Origin: Wolbachia endosymbiont of Onchocerca ochengi
GTDB lineage: Bacteria; Pseudomonadota; Alphaproteobacteria; Rickettsiales; Anaplasmataceae
Direction of reading: 5' to 3'
NCBI RefSeq assembly: GCF_000306885.1
Contig: NC_018267.1
Span: 180,001 to 212,000 of the forward strand
Length of the DNA stretch: 32,000 nt
Under the pieces are notes generated by a model, which was not told the DNA's origin, did not search any database, and worked only from the letters and a program-made list of their open reading frames with translations. The position numbers and the translations under genes were made by a program. Each line of letters begins with the position of its first letter. Within the stretch, counting starts at the first letter, position 1. Shown in pieces: positions 1 through 10,832 of this stretch.

Positions 1-578
1 GCTTAATTATCTTCATTATTATTTTATGTATAACAATCTCAATAACTAGGGGCTTTATAAAAGAGTTATGTGCGTTAATATTTTTATCCTCATCAATCTT
101 TTTAACAATTAATCATTATGACTTCTTCACTATAAATTACAGTAAATATTTTGATTCTAAAGCTATACAGAATATACTTTCCATAGTTTCTGTATTTATT
201 ATACTTAACTTCATATTTATGGTAATAAACAACTGGCTGATGTACATATTATCACCTATAAGGCTAGGGTTAATCGACAGAGTTACTGGGATCTGTATTG
301 GAACACTTAGAGGAATACTGCTTTCCCACATATTATTCTTCGTTGTACACTTATATTGCTATATAGCATATGACAAAAAAGAGGAAAAATCAAAAATAGA
401 GACAGAAGAAATATTACCCAATTGGATAATAAGATCGCACTCTTATCAAGCTCTATTTGTAACAATAGAAAACATAGTTGATATGTATATACCAGAGTCA
501 TTGATACTAAAAATCAAAGAAATTGGAGAAGAAATGACTGATCAAGAAAAGTCTAAAAGTAATAAGAAAGAAAAGTAA
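1..578 (+). CDS. cvpA: CvpA-family membrane protein (colicin V production protein homolog), 5'-truncated by window edge
   Basis: The reading frame is open from nt 3 to the TAA at 576-578. The translation LIIFIIILCITISITRGFIKELCAL...SPIRLGLIDRVTGICIGTLRGILLSHILFF is a multi-pass hydrophobic protein. It carries the CvpA-type RGF..E and (L)DR..G...G..RG motifs. The track ORF 219..578 is only the part after an internal Met. Confidence 0.8.
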   Translation, partial: LIIFIIILCITISITRGFIKELCALIFLSSSIFLTINHYDFFTINYSKYFDSKAIQNILSIVSVFIILNFIFMVINNWLMYILSPIRLGLIDRVTGICIGTLRGILLSHILFFVVHLYCYIAYDKKEEKSKIETEEILPNWIIRSHSYQALFVTIENIVDMYIPESLILKIKEIGEEMTDQEKSKSNKKEK

Positions 579-734
579 TAATCATATCTATGAAGCAATA
601 ATCGATGCTATTTATTTAGCAGCAATTTTTTTTGATCAACATAATTAGCCTCCAGCTCACTAGCAGTCTTTTCCTATTATGAGTTAAACTAAAAATCTCG
701 TAATATATTAAAGCTCAAAGAAATATCTTTTAAT

Positions 735-1184
735 ATGGAAGTTATTACAGAAAATAGAAAAGCAAAGTTTGAATATTTTATCTTAGAAGAATTTGAAGCA
801 GGCATGGTTTTGTTAAGTAGTGAAGTTAAATCGCTAAGGGAAAGAAAAGTAAACATTTCTGACGCTTACGTCATTGAAAAAAATGGTGAAATATGGCTAC
901 ACAACATGCATATTGCAGAATATAAAGACGCAAACCGAAAAAATCATAAGACAAAAAGAGAACGTAAACTGCTTCTGCACAAAAAAGAGATAAATAAATT
1001 AATTAGCCAGATTAAGACTGCTGGAATAACTGTTATACCAATTTCAATTTATTTTAATTGTAAAGGATTAGCAAAAACTAAAATTGCTATCGTGAAAGGA
1101 AAAAAACTTTACGACAAGAGAGTAACCATAAAACAAAGAGAATGGAATCGTGAAAAAAGCAGATTGTTTAAAAATAACTTGTAG
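735..1184 (+). CDS. smpB: SsrA-binding protein SmpB
   Basis: 149 aa with an ATG start. The N-terminus NRKAKFEYFILEEFEAGMVLLSSEVKSLR and the basic C-terminal tail are typical of SmpB. Confidence 0.95.
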   Translation: MEVITENRKAKFEYFILEEFEAGMVLLSSEVKSLRERKVNISDAYVIEKNGEIWLHNMHIAEYKDANRKNHKTKRERKLLLHKKEINKLISQIKTAGITVIPISIYFNCKGLAKTKIAIVKGKKLYDKRVTIKQREWNREKSRLFKNNL

Positions 1185-1190
1185 CAAAAT

Positions 1191-1979
1191 ATGTCTTTAA
1201 ACCCAGTAATTTTCAGAATTGGTTCTATCTCTATATATTGGTATTCTCTAGCATATGTTCTTGGTATAGTATTTGCACACTGGTATTTATATAAGCTAGA
1301 TAACCAAAAGGTATTTACCAAAAACTTTCACAACTCATTATTAACAGCAACTATCATAGGAGTTATCCTTGGAGGAAGGCTTGGTTACATATTGATATAT
1401 GATTTAAGTTATTATGTAAGCAACCCTATTGAGATATTAAAAACCTGGAAAGGAGGTATGTCGTTCCACGGTGGTGCCATAGGAGTTTTTCTTGCGGTAA
1501 TAATTTTGTGTAAAAGATATAACATTCCCATATTTTATACATTGGATCTAATTTCCTGCGGAGTCCCTGTAGGTTTATTTTTAGGTCGTATAGGCAATTT
1601 TATAAATGGAGAGCTATTTGGCAGAACTACGACTATACCATGGGGTATAATATTTCCAGAAAGCGATAATTTACCGCGTCATCCGAGCCAAATTTATGAG
1701 GCATTTTTTGAAGGATTACTGCTTTTCATAGCTATGAATCTACTGTTTTTCTTGACTAGAATAAGACTATATTGTGGTGTGTTAACTAGCATCGCAGCTA
1801 TGTGGTACGGAATAGCACGTTTTATAGTTGAGTTTTTCCGTGAGCCAGATTATCAAGTCGGCTACTTATGGCTTGGTTTAACCATGGGACAGTTACTTTC
1901 AGTACCCATGATTTTGCTGGGAACAATCTTACTTTTGAGTGCGCTAAATTTGAAATTTACGAGCATAGAAAAAAGGTAA
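1191..1979 (+). CDS. lgt: Prolipoprotein (phosphatidylglycerol) diacylglyceryl transferase
   Basis: 262 aa polytopic membrane protein with the Lgt signatures GGMSFHGGAIGV and GRIGNFINGELFGR. It starts 7 nt after the smpB stop, so the two are probably co-transcribed. Confidence 0.95.
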   Translation: MSLNPVIFRIGSISIYWYSLAYVLGIVFAHWYLYKLDNQKVFTKNFHNSLLTATIIGVILGGRLGYILIYDLSYYVSNPIEILKTWKGGMSFHGGAIGVFLAVIILCKRYNIPIFYTLDLISCGVPVGLFLGRIGNFINGELFGRTTTIPWGIIFPESDNLPRHPSQIYEAFFEGLLLFIAMNLLFFLTRIRLYCGVLTSIAAMWYGIARFIVEFFREPDYQVGYLWLGLTMGQLLSVPMILLGTILLLSALNLKFTSIEKR

Positions 1980-4857
1980 ACTTGACTAGAAAACATTTTC
2001 CCTACGTAAGTTAAAGATTGTAGCCTTACCATTTTAAAAATCTTATAACATAAGAATTTCTAATATATTATCTAGATGAATAAATATGTTTAAAAGCCTT
2101 GTTCAGAACATCATGTAGAAAGAAACAAAGAAATATTCTAATGAAAAAGCTAAGCTTCAAGGTTTGATCAGTTAATATTACAACTATATTTACGAAAATA
2201 AACTGATTTGTTTTTTTATACACATAATTTAGTAAATAACAAATAGGAAAGCTATCTATTTTAAAAATTATCAATATTAATTTCCTAGAAGCCTGAAAAC
2301 AGGCTTAAAGAATAATCCACAAATATCTCCTTCAAAGAAGTTATTAAGATTTTATGAAAAAGATAATTACATTATTATTACATCGTGCTATCATCTCTAT
2401 GAAAGAGATAATTAACATTGATATATTCATAATATTGTTCGATTTAACATTAAGAATAATTAATGCTGACAATATTATTACACATCATTATTAAAACATC
2501 ATAGTAGTGAGTCTCATCATAGCAAAGTAGTAAATTCTAAAGCATACAGGTCAAACGGAAAAAATAACTATGAGTCTGACAATTACCGTTATTATTTAGA
2601 TAATGGCAACTCGGACTGTGAAATAAATAATATTATTAAGATAATAGCTTAAAATACTTTAGAAATATTAGATAAAGGACACATGGAATTAGTACATTCA
2701 ATTCAAGTAAAATTATTCAGTACAGCTAACCCAGTAAAGATTTCTACAAAGTGATGTGGAAGTGTAATCATATCTACTACTAAGCAATAAAAGTTGACTC
2801 TGTTTTCAGAGTCTAGGAAAATCCTACTTATCTTAGTTATAGGGAACAGAATTACTGTTTATACACTAGTTACAAAACGTAGATAAGGAGGTTCCAGTAA
2901 CTTCAGACAATTAATATTAAAGAGCATTTATCATACAGTTCTTCTCGAATATGGCTGATTTTATTGCATAAGAAAAGTATTAATAGAGTAAAAAAGAACC
3001 AAAAAAAACGTGAACATACGCTGTAAAATGAATCTTTCAAGGGAGATTATGTTATAAAGATGGTAGCAAGTAATAGCAACAAATTTCATTGCGGTATTTT
3101 ATCTATTTTAGTTTAAGAAAAAAACAAGTAGGAAATTGTGGAAAGGCCTCTTACATAAAAGATAAGTTTTTGCGATAAATAACAAGATCACTTCTACAAT
3201 CCAAACACCTTGTTAAGTGGATATAAAAAAGCTTCTATCAGTCCAAAATAAAAATCTTTATAGTTCAAAAATTGTGCAGTGATAGTGAGTTTTTATAAAA
3301 GGTATAATCATAAGCAACATTAAATAATTTTTTAATCAAATCTACCAGAAGTAGCAACATAAAAGCTGTAAAATTAACTTTAAATATTAATAAATAATAA
3401 ATTTTTCAAAAAAAATTCTCCTAAAAATTAATCCTCTTAGAAACATAGAATCATCTAATATAAATAATAACCAAATTTTAAAACTTACTTTAGAACACCC
3501 AGCAAACAAATTTTGATTGGTGACGTAAAATAGTATTACTCATTAACGCTGACGCAAACGCTAATGCGATAGGCGGAACAATGATACAATAATAAGTACA
3601 ATTTATAAACATAAAAGAACATTTGCTTACAAGTAAAGAGTATCGGTGCAAGTTAGAAAGTTTTTCATAGAATATAGAGAAAAATACTACTAGTGCTTAG
3701 CGAATTAATAATACGTAGTGTAATATCTAAAAATAACAAAAAAAGAAGAATACATTAAAGATTTACAAAAAAAAGAATGGCTTTGATAAACTTAAAGAAG
3801 TAGTAAAATTGAAACTTAAAGTTATTCAGCTAAGTAGCTGTAAGATAGTATCTAAAAAATCTCCTAGAACTTTCGAGTATGAGGAAAGAGAACTAGCTAT
3901 AATGCTTTGTTTTCGAAAGATTCCATTTACACTGAGATGTACAAATCTAATGGACAGTAACTCATTAAAAGAAAACAATCATTTAAACATATCAAAAAAA
4001 TTTATTTACGTTGAAGTATATAACTTACATAAAAAACTTATCAAAAATTTGTCTGGAAGACAGTAATTATTTTAATGTACCAAAAAGACATTTATTTAGT
4101 ATACCGGTAGATGCTCTTCAGAGCAAAAAAGAGTAAATGAAACTAAATGAACAAAACTCTAATAGCCAATAAATTAGCAACAGATTAGTAATCAAAAAGT
4201 TGATACCGAAGTTGATCTCAATATAAAAGAAATAAAACAAAAACATGGAAGCAAGAATTCAGGTTACGGTTCTTGTTATGAATTTAGTACAAAAGTTAAA
4301 CTATTAAGAATAAAACCTAAAACCCCTAAACTCTAAGATAAATTCTGCTAATACTGAGTATGCAATAGAAAAAGGTGTTTATGTCATAAAAACAATTAAA
4401 GCGTCCGTTTGGCAGTTTAGCAGAAAAATTTTCAAAATAAGTATAATCGTTAAAATAAAAGACGTAGAAATGTGGTCCTCTTAAAGGTAAAAAATGATTA
4501 TTAAAATCCATACAACGCTTTTTCTAGCTATGCCATTGAAGACACCTATAAGAAATCTACTAAACGGAGAAAAAAAAGACTAAAGAAACCTCAGAGCTAA
4601 ACCTATTAAAAAATTTGATATCCACTGTCTTAAATACTTTATAAGCATAATTTCATGCTTATATGAATAAAAATCTAGAAATCTAAATAAAACTTATAAA
4701 GATATAAAGTAAGCATAATGTAAAAAATTAAATATTAAGAGACTAGCTACACAATAGCTTCAGCTTTATGGTAAAGAGAACTAGCAAAATTTATTAAGTT
4801 ATTTTCTCCATTTTGACATGTCTAACGCACTTCTAAAGTGTTATGCAAGAAGGTCTA

Positions 4858-4886
4858 TTGACTTTCAACACACTTTCATCTATATT
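4858..4886 (+). promoter_or_regulatory. Candidate sigma-70-type promoter upstream of nuoD
   Basis: TTGACT (4858-4863), a 17-nt spacer, then TATATT (4881-4886), ending 32 nt before the nuoD ATG. AT-rich DNA produces many -10-like hexamers, so this is only a candidate. Confidence 0.3.
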
Positions 4887-4917
4887 ATTTTAATATCCTA
4901 AAACTAAACTACCTCAC

Positions 4918-6090
4918 ATGCCCGATTTAAAGACAATGATGCTAAATTTTGGACCTCAACACCCAGCTGCACATGGGGTATTACGCCTTGTTTTAGAGAT
5001 GGATGGCGAAGTGATTGAAAGAGCCGATCCTCATATCGGTCTTTTACACCGCGGTACTGAAAAATTAATAGAACACAAAACGTATCTTCAAGCTTTGCCT
5101 TATTTTGATCGCCTTGATTATGTATCACCAATGTCACAAGAGCATGCATATTCATTGTGTGTAGAAAAATTACTGCAATGTGAAGTTCCAATTAGGGCAA
5201 AATATTTGCGTGTTCTGTTTTGTGAATTAACAAGAATACTCAACCACTTACTTAATATTTCCTCACAAGCACTTGACGTTGGAGCAATGACTCCTCTTTT
5301 ATGGCTCTTTGAAGAGAGGGAAAAAATACTGGAGTTTTACGAGAGAGCTTCAGGAGCAAGGTTTCACGCAGCTTATATCAGACCAGGTGGAATTGCAGCA
5401 GATGTTCCAGAAGGTTTAATTGAGGATATTGCAAAGTTTATAGAGCAGTTTCCAAAGTATATAGATGATGTTGATGATCTCTTAACAGAAAATAGAATAT
5501 GGAAGCAACGCACTGTAGGAATCAGTAAAATGTCAATTAAACAGGTTCTTGACTGGGGCTTCAGCGGCCCAATGTTGCGTGCCGCTGGACTTGCTTGGGA
5601 TTTACGAAAAAGTCAGCCATATGAAGTATATGATCAACTAGATTTTGATATACCAATCGGTCGAAACGGTGACTGTTATGACCGTTATTTAGTGAGGATG
5701 GAAGAAATTAGACAGTCTACTAGCTTAGTAAAACAGTGCATAGAAAAAATGCCTAGAGGGCCAGTAAAAACTGAAGATAGAAAAATCTCTCCACCACCAA
5801 GAGCAGAAATGAAAAAATCTATGGAAGCTCTAATTCACCATTTTAAGCTTTACTCAGAAGGGTACCATGTACCAGAAGGTGAGACTTACGCAGCTGTTGA
5901 GGCACCAAAAGGTGAGTTCGGAGTGTATATAGTTTCGGATGGAACTAACCAACCATATAGATGCCGAATAAGAGCACCTGGCTTTGCACATCTACAAGCC
6001 TTAGATTTCATGGCAAAAGGACACATGCTTTCTGATATTGCGGCAATCATTGGTTCACTTGATATAGTTTTTGGTGAGATTGACAGGTAG
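4918..6090 (+). CDS. nuoD: NADH-quinone oxidoreductase subunit D
   Basis: 390 aa. [17 protein letters not shown]...[12 protein letters not shown]...[11 protein letters not shown]...[12 protein letters not shown] is the canonical NuoD/49-kDa subunit sequence. No other nuo gene is adjacent. Confidence 0.97.
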   Translation: MPDLKTMMLNFGPQHPAAHGVLRLVLEMDGEVIERADPHIGLLHRGTEKLIEHKTYLQALPYFDRLDYVSPMSQEHAYSLCVEKLLQCEVPIRAKYLRVLFCELTRILNHLLNISSQALDVGAMTPLLWLFEEREKILEFYERASGARFHAAYIRPGGIAADVPEGLIEDIAKFIEQFPKYIDDVDDLLTENRIWKQRTVGISKMSIKQVLDWGFSGPMLRAAGLAWDLRKSQPYEVYDQLDFDIPIGRNGDCYDRYLVRMEEIRQSTSLVKQCIEKMPRGPVKTEDRKISPPPRAEMKKSMEALIHHFKLYSEGYHVPEGETYAAVEAPKGEFGVYIVSDGTNQPYRCRIRAPGFAHLQALDFMAKGHMLSDIAAIIGSLDIVFGEIDR

Positions 6091-6225
6091 GTTTTTAGCT
6101 ATACTTAGCTATAAGTAAAGTTAATTTTTTTATCGTTTATACGACTTAGGTTATCTTTTACTACTTTGCTGAACAAAAAGAAATTTGTGCCCATTATTTA
6201 TAGACACTATATTTATACTAACCAC

Positions 6226-7008
6226 TTATCTCCTTATTAAAGACATATCTTCATTAAATAAGCAAACTGTGCTTGACCCCTTTCTTAAGGTAAATACAGA
6301 GCCTACTTTCTCAAGTATAAGATAATCATCAACTACACGAAAATTTATTAGAGATTCATACCCTTCAGAATTAACCATAAAGATTGCTGGAAAGTCAGAA
6401 TTTATCTTATTAAACTGCAGATACGTGAATTTCCCGTCATCAAAGACTTTAGTTGGTACTATCGACTCACTACCCTTAATATGTGAGATAGAATAATTAA
6501 AATTTAAGCCTTTTTTTGCAACTTCAATATCATTCATATCAGGAACAGTGGTAGGACTAGCTTGTTCAAGAATATCACCATTATCGGTTGTGTAGATTTC
6601 TTCACTATTAAATAGTGGGTAAAGAAACCTCACTTCATATGCTAACCTCGGATCATCTAATCCAGTTGCTTCCTCAGCATGAAATTCAAAGTAATAAACT
6701 CTTTTATTAGTAATAATAGTTGCATTAGTATCAGCAATATCATCTATAGGTTTGATAAATAACCTATTACCATGAGAAACAAGCTGCCAACCAGTCGAAT
6801 CGCCCATTGAAAGGTTCTGTATCACTTCACCTGGTTCAAACAGTATACTCGACTGATAACCGTAAAAACCTGTGTATTTATGTATAGCCTGTGGATTATA
6901 ATTTATTACCTTTATATGACTGTCTGCAGCTATTGAACGTGGTTCCTGTTTCGCAAATGTATCACCACTACAAAAAAACACCAATACTATAAATAATAAA
7001 CTAATCAT
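6226..7008 (-). CDS. virB9: Type IV secretion system protein VirB9 (stand-alone paralog)
   Basis: VirB9/CagX/TrbG-type sequence (VINYNPQAIHKYTGFYGYQSSILFEPGE...TNKRVYYFEF...). The track ORF begins at a TTG (7029). I prefer the ATG at 7008, which gives a clean signal peptide, MISLLFIVLVFFCSGDTFA followed by KQEP. No other virB/virD gene lies within the window. Confidence 0.9.
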   Translation of the reverse strand: MISLLFIVLVFFCSGDTFAKQEPRSIAADSHIKVINYNPQAIHKYTGFYGYQSSILFEPGEVIQNLSMGDSTGWQLVSHGNRLFIKPIDDIADTNATIITNKRVYYFEFHAEEATGLDDPRLAYEVRFLYPLFNSEEIYTTDNGDILEQASPTTVPDMNDIEVAKKGLNFNYSISHIKGSESIVPTKVFDDGKFTYLQFNKINSDFPAIFMVNSEGYESLINFRVVDDYLILEKVGSVFTLRKGSSTVCLFNEDMSLIRR

Positions 7009-7299
7009 AATATTTAAATTGTATACCAATCATTATTTTATCATTGAAAAGTATTTACTTCAACTGTCAAGGCATTATCTTATACGACATTTGTATAATA
7101 TCTTAAGCAATTGTACAATTTATTGCTTCTTTAAACTCATCAATCAGAGTTTCTATACTTTTCAGTAAATCAGATTTAAATTCTATATACTCTTTACCTT
7201 TTAAATGGTATATAATCTTAAAGTTTATATACATGTAGTACTTGTCTATTAAAGGTGCGAATAAAAAATCAGAATCTTTTTTAGCACATTTTGTGTACT

Positions 7300-7830
7300 C
7301 TTACTATTATTCTCCCTGTAAATTTTGATCACCAAACAATGGAATGTCTTACGTGATTTACATATACTCAAATTTGGTATGTTCTACCTGTTTTCAAAAC
7401 ATATTTTACTAACCCTGCTTGTTCTATAGTTTTCTACACTGAATAACGGGCAATTGCCAATCCCCCTCCCGTCCACTACTGCTACACACATACCATTTCT
7501 TTACTATCACGTTTGGAGTGATATTAGTTTTTATGGTTCCTTAGTTAGATGATATCCCAAAACACTGTTAAATATTCCCTCTTTAACTTAACTTAATAAT
7601 AACTCGGACAAAAAGCTATAAACTTCGTCATCTTTTATAAATTACCATCAGCTCACTAGTATCTTTATCAAGCCTATAAACAATTCCTAATCTTCTATTT
7701 CTTACTTATCAATATACTTTATAGCAAAAGAAGTTAATTAAATTGTTCGAAGAAAGAACAACATAAACAAAAACATAAGCTAGCATTAATCATAAACTAA
7801 AAATATCTGTAATTTAACTAAAACTGCTAT
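7300..7830 (-). pseudogene. Decayed RluC/RluD-family (RluA superfamily) pseudouridine synthase gene
   Basis: Minus-strand translations, spread over more than one frame and broken by many stops, give five motifs in the correct order and spacing. These are RLGIVYRLDKDTSELMV (cf. catalytic HRLDKDTSG motif, about 7640-7690), VKLKREYLTVFWD, GLAIARYSV, VLKTGRTYQI*VYV (cf. TGRTHQIRVH, about 7365-7400) and DIPLFGDQNLQG (cf. P..GD..YG, about 7315-7345). Confidence 0.78.
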
Positions 7831-8289
7831 GGTTTATTATTACTGCGATAACATAATAAGCTAAGAAAAATTGAAGCCAAGCACTCATAGCCATGTGAGC
7901 AGAGTGTTATTTACTTACAGACTACTTCTTTGTTGCACATTATATCTTAAGAAAATAACCAATAATATCATCTAATTTTTAATTAGAACCTACCTTCAAT
8001 TTGAAAAGGTATTTTTAAGTACTTAAGCCCATAAATTCCCCGTATCTTCACTACCAATTATACACTAATAATAGCATTAAACTAATCTTTTTTACTTGCG
8101 CTAAAACCTACTCGAGCACATTTTATTAATTTCTACACCATAATTTACTAACCAAATTGAATGTGAGCTATGTTTTTAGGTTAGCATATTTAACAATTTT
8201 AGTACTATAAACTAAATAATTAAACTTGCTTAATTAAATTATTAAGTCAATTCTATCACAATTTTCTATAATATCTTTTTTCTATGAAC

Positions 8290-8591
8290 CAGCAGCATTA
8301 ACTTGTCATTCACTTTCGTTATATACACAGCAGTGATCACTACAATTGAGCCCTTTGTTTGAGTTATTATATTTAGCACGATTAAAAATTTGACTCTACC
8401 AATTTACTTTACCAATGCTTTGATAGCAAAGCTCCTGCTTTTCCCAGCAAGAGATATTAAATTATCACTCTTTTTAACAGCAATATTCCCAGCACTGACT
8501 AAGATATCAGGAGCCCCTATTATATATAGGACCAGAGAAAATACCAAGTACAATAAAAAAAATTCCAAAGAAACTCGAATTTCTTTTCCAT
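8290..8591 (-). pseudogene. Possible frameshifted relic of a small N-terminally membrane-anchored protein (unassigned)
   Basis: The minus-strand ATG at 8591 gives MEKKFEFLWNFF, then the frame is lost at a T8 run (A8 on the plus strand, 8555-8562). A +1 correction there would read ...LLYLVFSLVLYIIGAPDILVSAGNIAVKKSDNLISLAGKSRSFAIKALVK*. I recognise no family. Confidence 0.25.
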
Positions 8592-10040
8592 AAATATAGC
8601 TAAAATAACCTAAATACCTATGATAATAATTAATAACACAGGAAAAACCCCGAATAGGAACAGAACTAAATATTGAAAACTAGCAATTGTATCTATTCTA
8701 TATATTGAATACTATCAATTAAGCACTCTACAAGCAGAGCCATAATCTACTTAATACATCTAAAGGAATCAACAAATATAAATTACTTCGCTTAAAATAA
8801 TAAGCAACATAACTATATTAGTACAGTAGCTAAATTTGTGATAATAATATTCGTTGAGAAATAATTAAAATTATCCATTGTATATATAACAGTCGCTAAG
8901 CTTGCTATTGCTGAACTAGTGAGATATTTTACATTATTTTCATCATAAATAACCTATTGACATTGATTAAATTTAATAAATAGTATCAATACAGTGAAAA
9001 TGATATCTAAAAATCAGGTTTTAAAATTGCTTTTGGTTCTCTATTAAGAATCACCGAAGCAGCAAACATAATCACTATTAACCTTTGATATTTCCCTCCT
9101 TATTATTGCAACGAGTACCAAAACGACTATAGTTTCTCAATCTATTTTTGTCTTCCTCACCAATCAGTAATGTGGAAATCACGCCTGTATGTGTTTTTTT
9201 AACATTGTCCTACAGGCTTTCATAAATGAATTGAAGAAAAAGATTCTATGCTCTAGCATTTTTTTACAGAACTATTTTGCTTATTGCAAAATCTGTAGCA
9301 CTTATTTTCTGACAACAAGTCATTCTTGCAAAAAAATATGTACATCCCAAAAGGCATAAAACCTTCAAATAGAAAAGTCTCATTGATAATTTTACTTGAT
9401 TGTCTATTTTAATACCTTCTTTCTACCTCTTAGCTCTAATTGATATTTCTTATGTTGTTTAAAGCAACGTGCAGTCTCATATTCTAGTACATAACACTAA
9501 AATCCACAAGTTTTTCTCTAAATCTTAGTACTTATACACTCGAACAACAGAAGAAAGTTTTTTAATAAAGAGCAAAAATTATCTATGTGAAACCTCATTA
9601 TTAATATACTATAGCAACGACACTTTTCATACAACTTTTCTTACCAAGAATTTAAATATCAACTAAAGCTGTTTTTTTTAGTTTATCCAGCCGTAAAACT
9701 CTATGAACGTAATGCCAATCAAAGAGACACACAATACCGTGTACTCTTACAAAAAAGTACAACCAAGATCAACACAAATAAAAGTAGAAGAAAAACAGAT
9801 ACAGTAAAAACATAGCTATGTTTAGAATTCAAAGAGAAATAAACTAAGATCTATACACACTGGCATATATAAGAAAACCTTAGCATCAAATTATGTTCCT
9901 CATTGTACATATAGATTGTTAGATATATAACTAATAATTGTATTAAGAAAAGTTAATAAATACATAAAACATATATTATGAGGTAATTTTATTCTTTTAT
10001 TTTCTATTATTTATATATATAATATCTAAATAGACAACGG

Positions 10041-10114
<74 letters not shown>

Positions 10115-10832
10115 CTTTATATCTACATCTAAAAAAATATTTTTTCTTGCTTAATCAAGCCAACCTTAATGATAATAAGGAATTAAAGCTCTGCAGAAAA
10201 TTATATAAAAGAAACTAAAAGATTTTTAATGCTTCTTGCTACATTATCAAGAGTTGCGATAGAGGCTTGCAAGTTTTGAATTAAGTTTTACAGCTTTATC
10301 ATCTTTGATCATAAGTGAGTTATTACCACCATTTGCAATATTATTTTATACATATTGTGCATATAACAATATACAAAAAAGGAATATTCTTCACAAAAGA
10401 CTTTCTATATATACTTGGTTTATACACTGCAGGACCGCAATCTGAGTTGGTCTCTTGCTGCATCTACAGCTGCTATTTCCTATAGCATAATGCTTAAAAT
10501 GTACCATTAGCTTTATAAAACAGGTATGGTGATAGGAGCTTCACAGTACTAATCGTAGGATCTTTTGTAACAAAATACATCATTGAACCAGTAGCTGAAA
10601 AAGTGAACAAGTACATTATATATTACCTACAATTAAACATTTTTCTTCAAAAGAAAAAGGATATAAGATAGTTTAAACTAAGGTGTTTTATATTATTCCA
10701 GTGTACTATAGAAGCACAGCATAGCTGGCCACAAATACTTGTTTCAAAGACAGTATATTATAGCTGTCTTTATCTTATTCCCTAGTGAAAATCATTATTA
10801 AATCATAGTGTTCATACAGTTGTGTTACATGG

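Noticed and set aside
579-734. I searched for tmRNA (ssrA) near smpB, and for additional tRNA-like T-arms, RNase P RNA and SRP RNA motifs across the window.
   Set aside because: I found no tRNA-like acceptor/T-arm beyond the two tRNAs, no recognisable tag-peptide reading frame, and no GAGGAAAGUCC-type or SRP GGAA-motif sequence. A covariance-model scan would be needed to be definitive.
2068-8593. Track ORFs inside ORF-free tracts: 2068..2274(-), 3809..4066(+), 4326..4511(-) and 8390..8593(+).
   Set aside because: They show no family resemblance. Several start at non-ATG codons, and their lengths are close to the chance expectation. 8390..8593 is antisense to a more plausible broken minus-strand ORF. 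I do not call them genes.
9655-9710. A second RLDK-containing peptide on the minus strand (HYVHRVLRLDKLKKTALVDI) could be another pseudouridine synthase catalytic motif.
   Set aside because: Only the tetrapeptide RLDK matches, which is expected by chance about once in a six-frame translation of 32 kb. There is no accompanying TGRTHQIR or GD..YG block at the right spacing.
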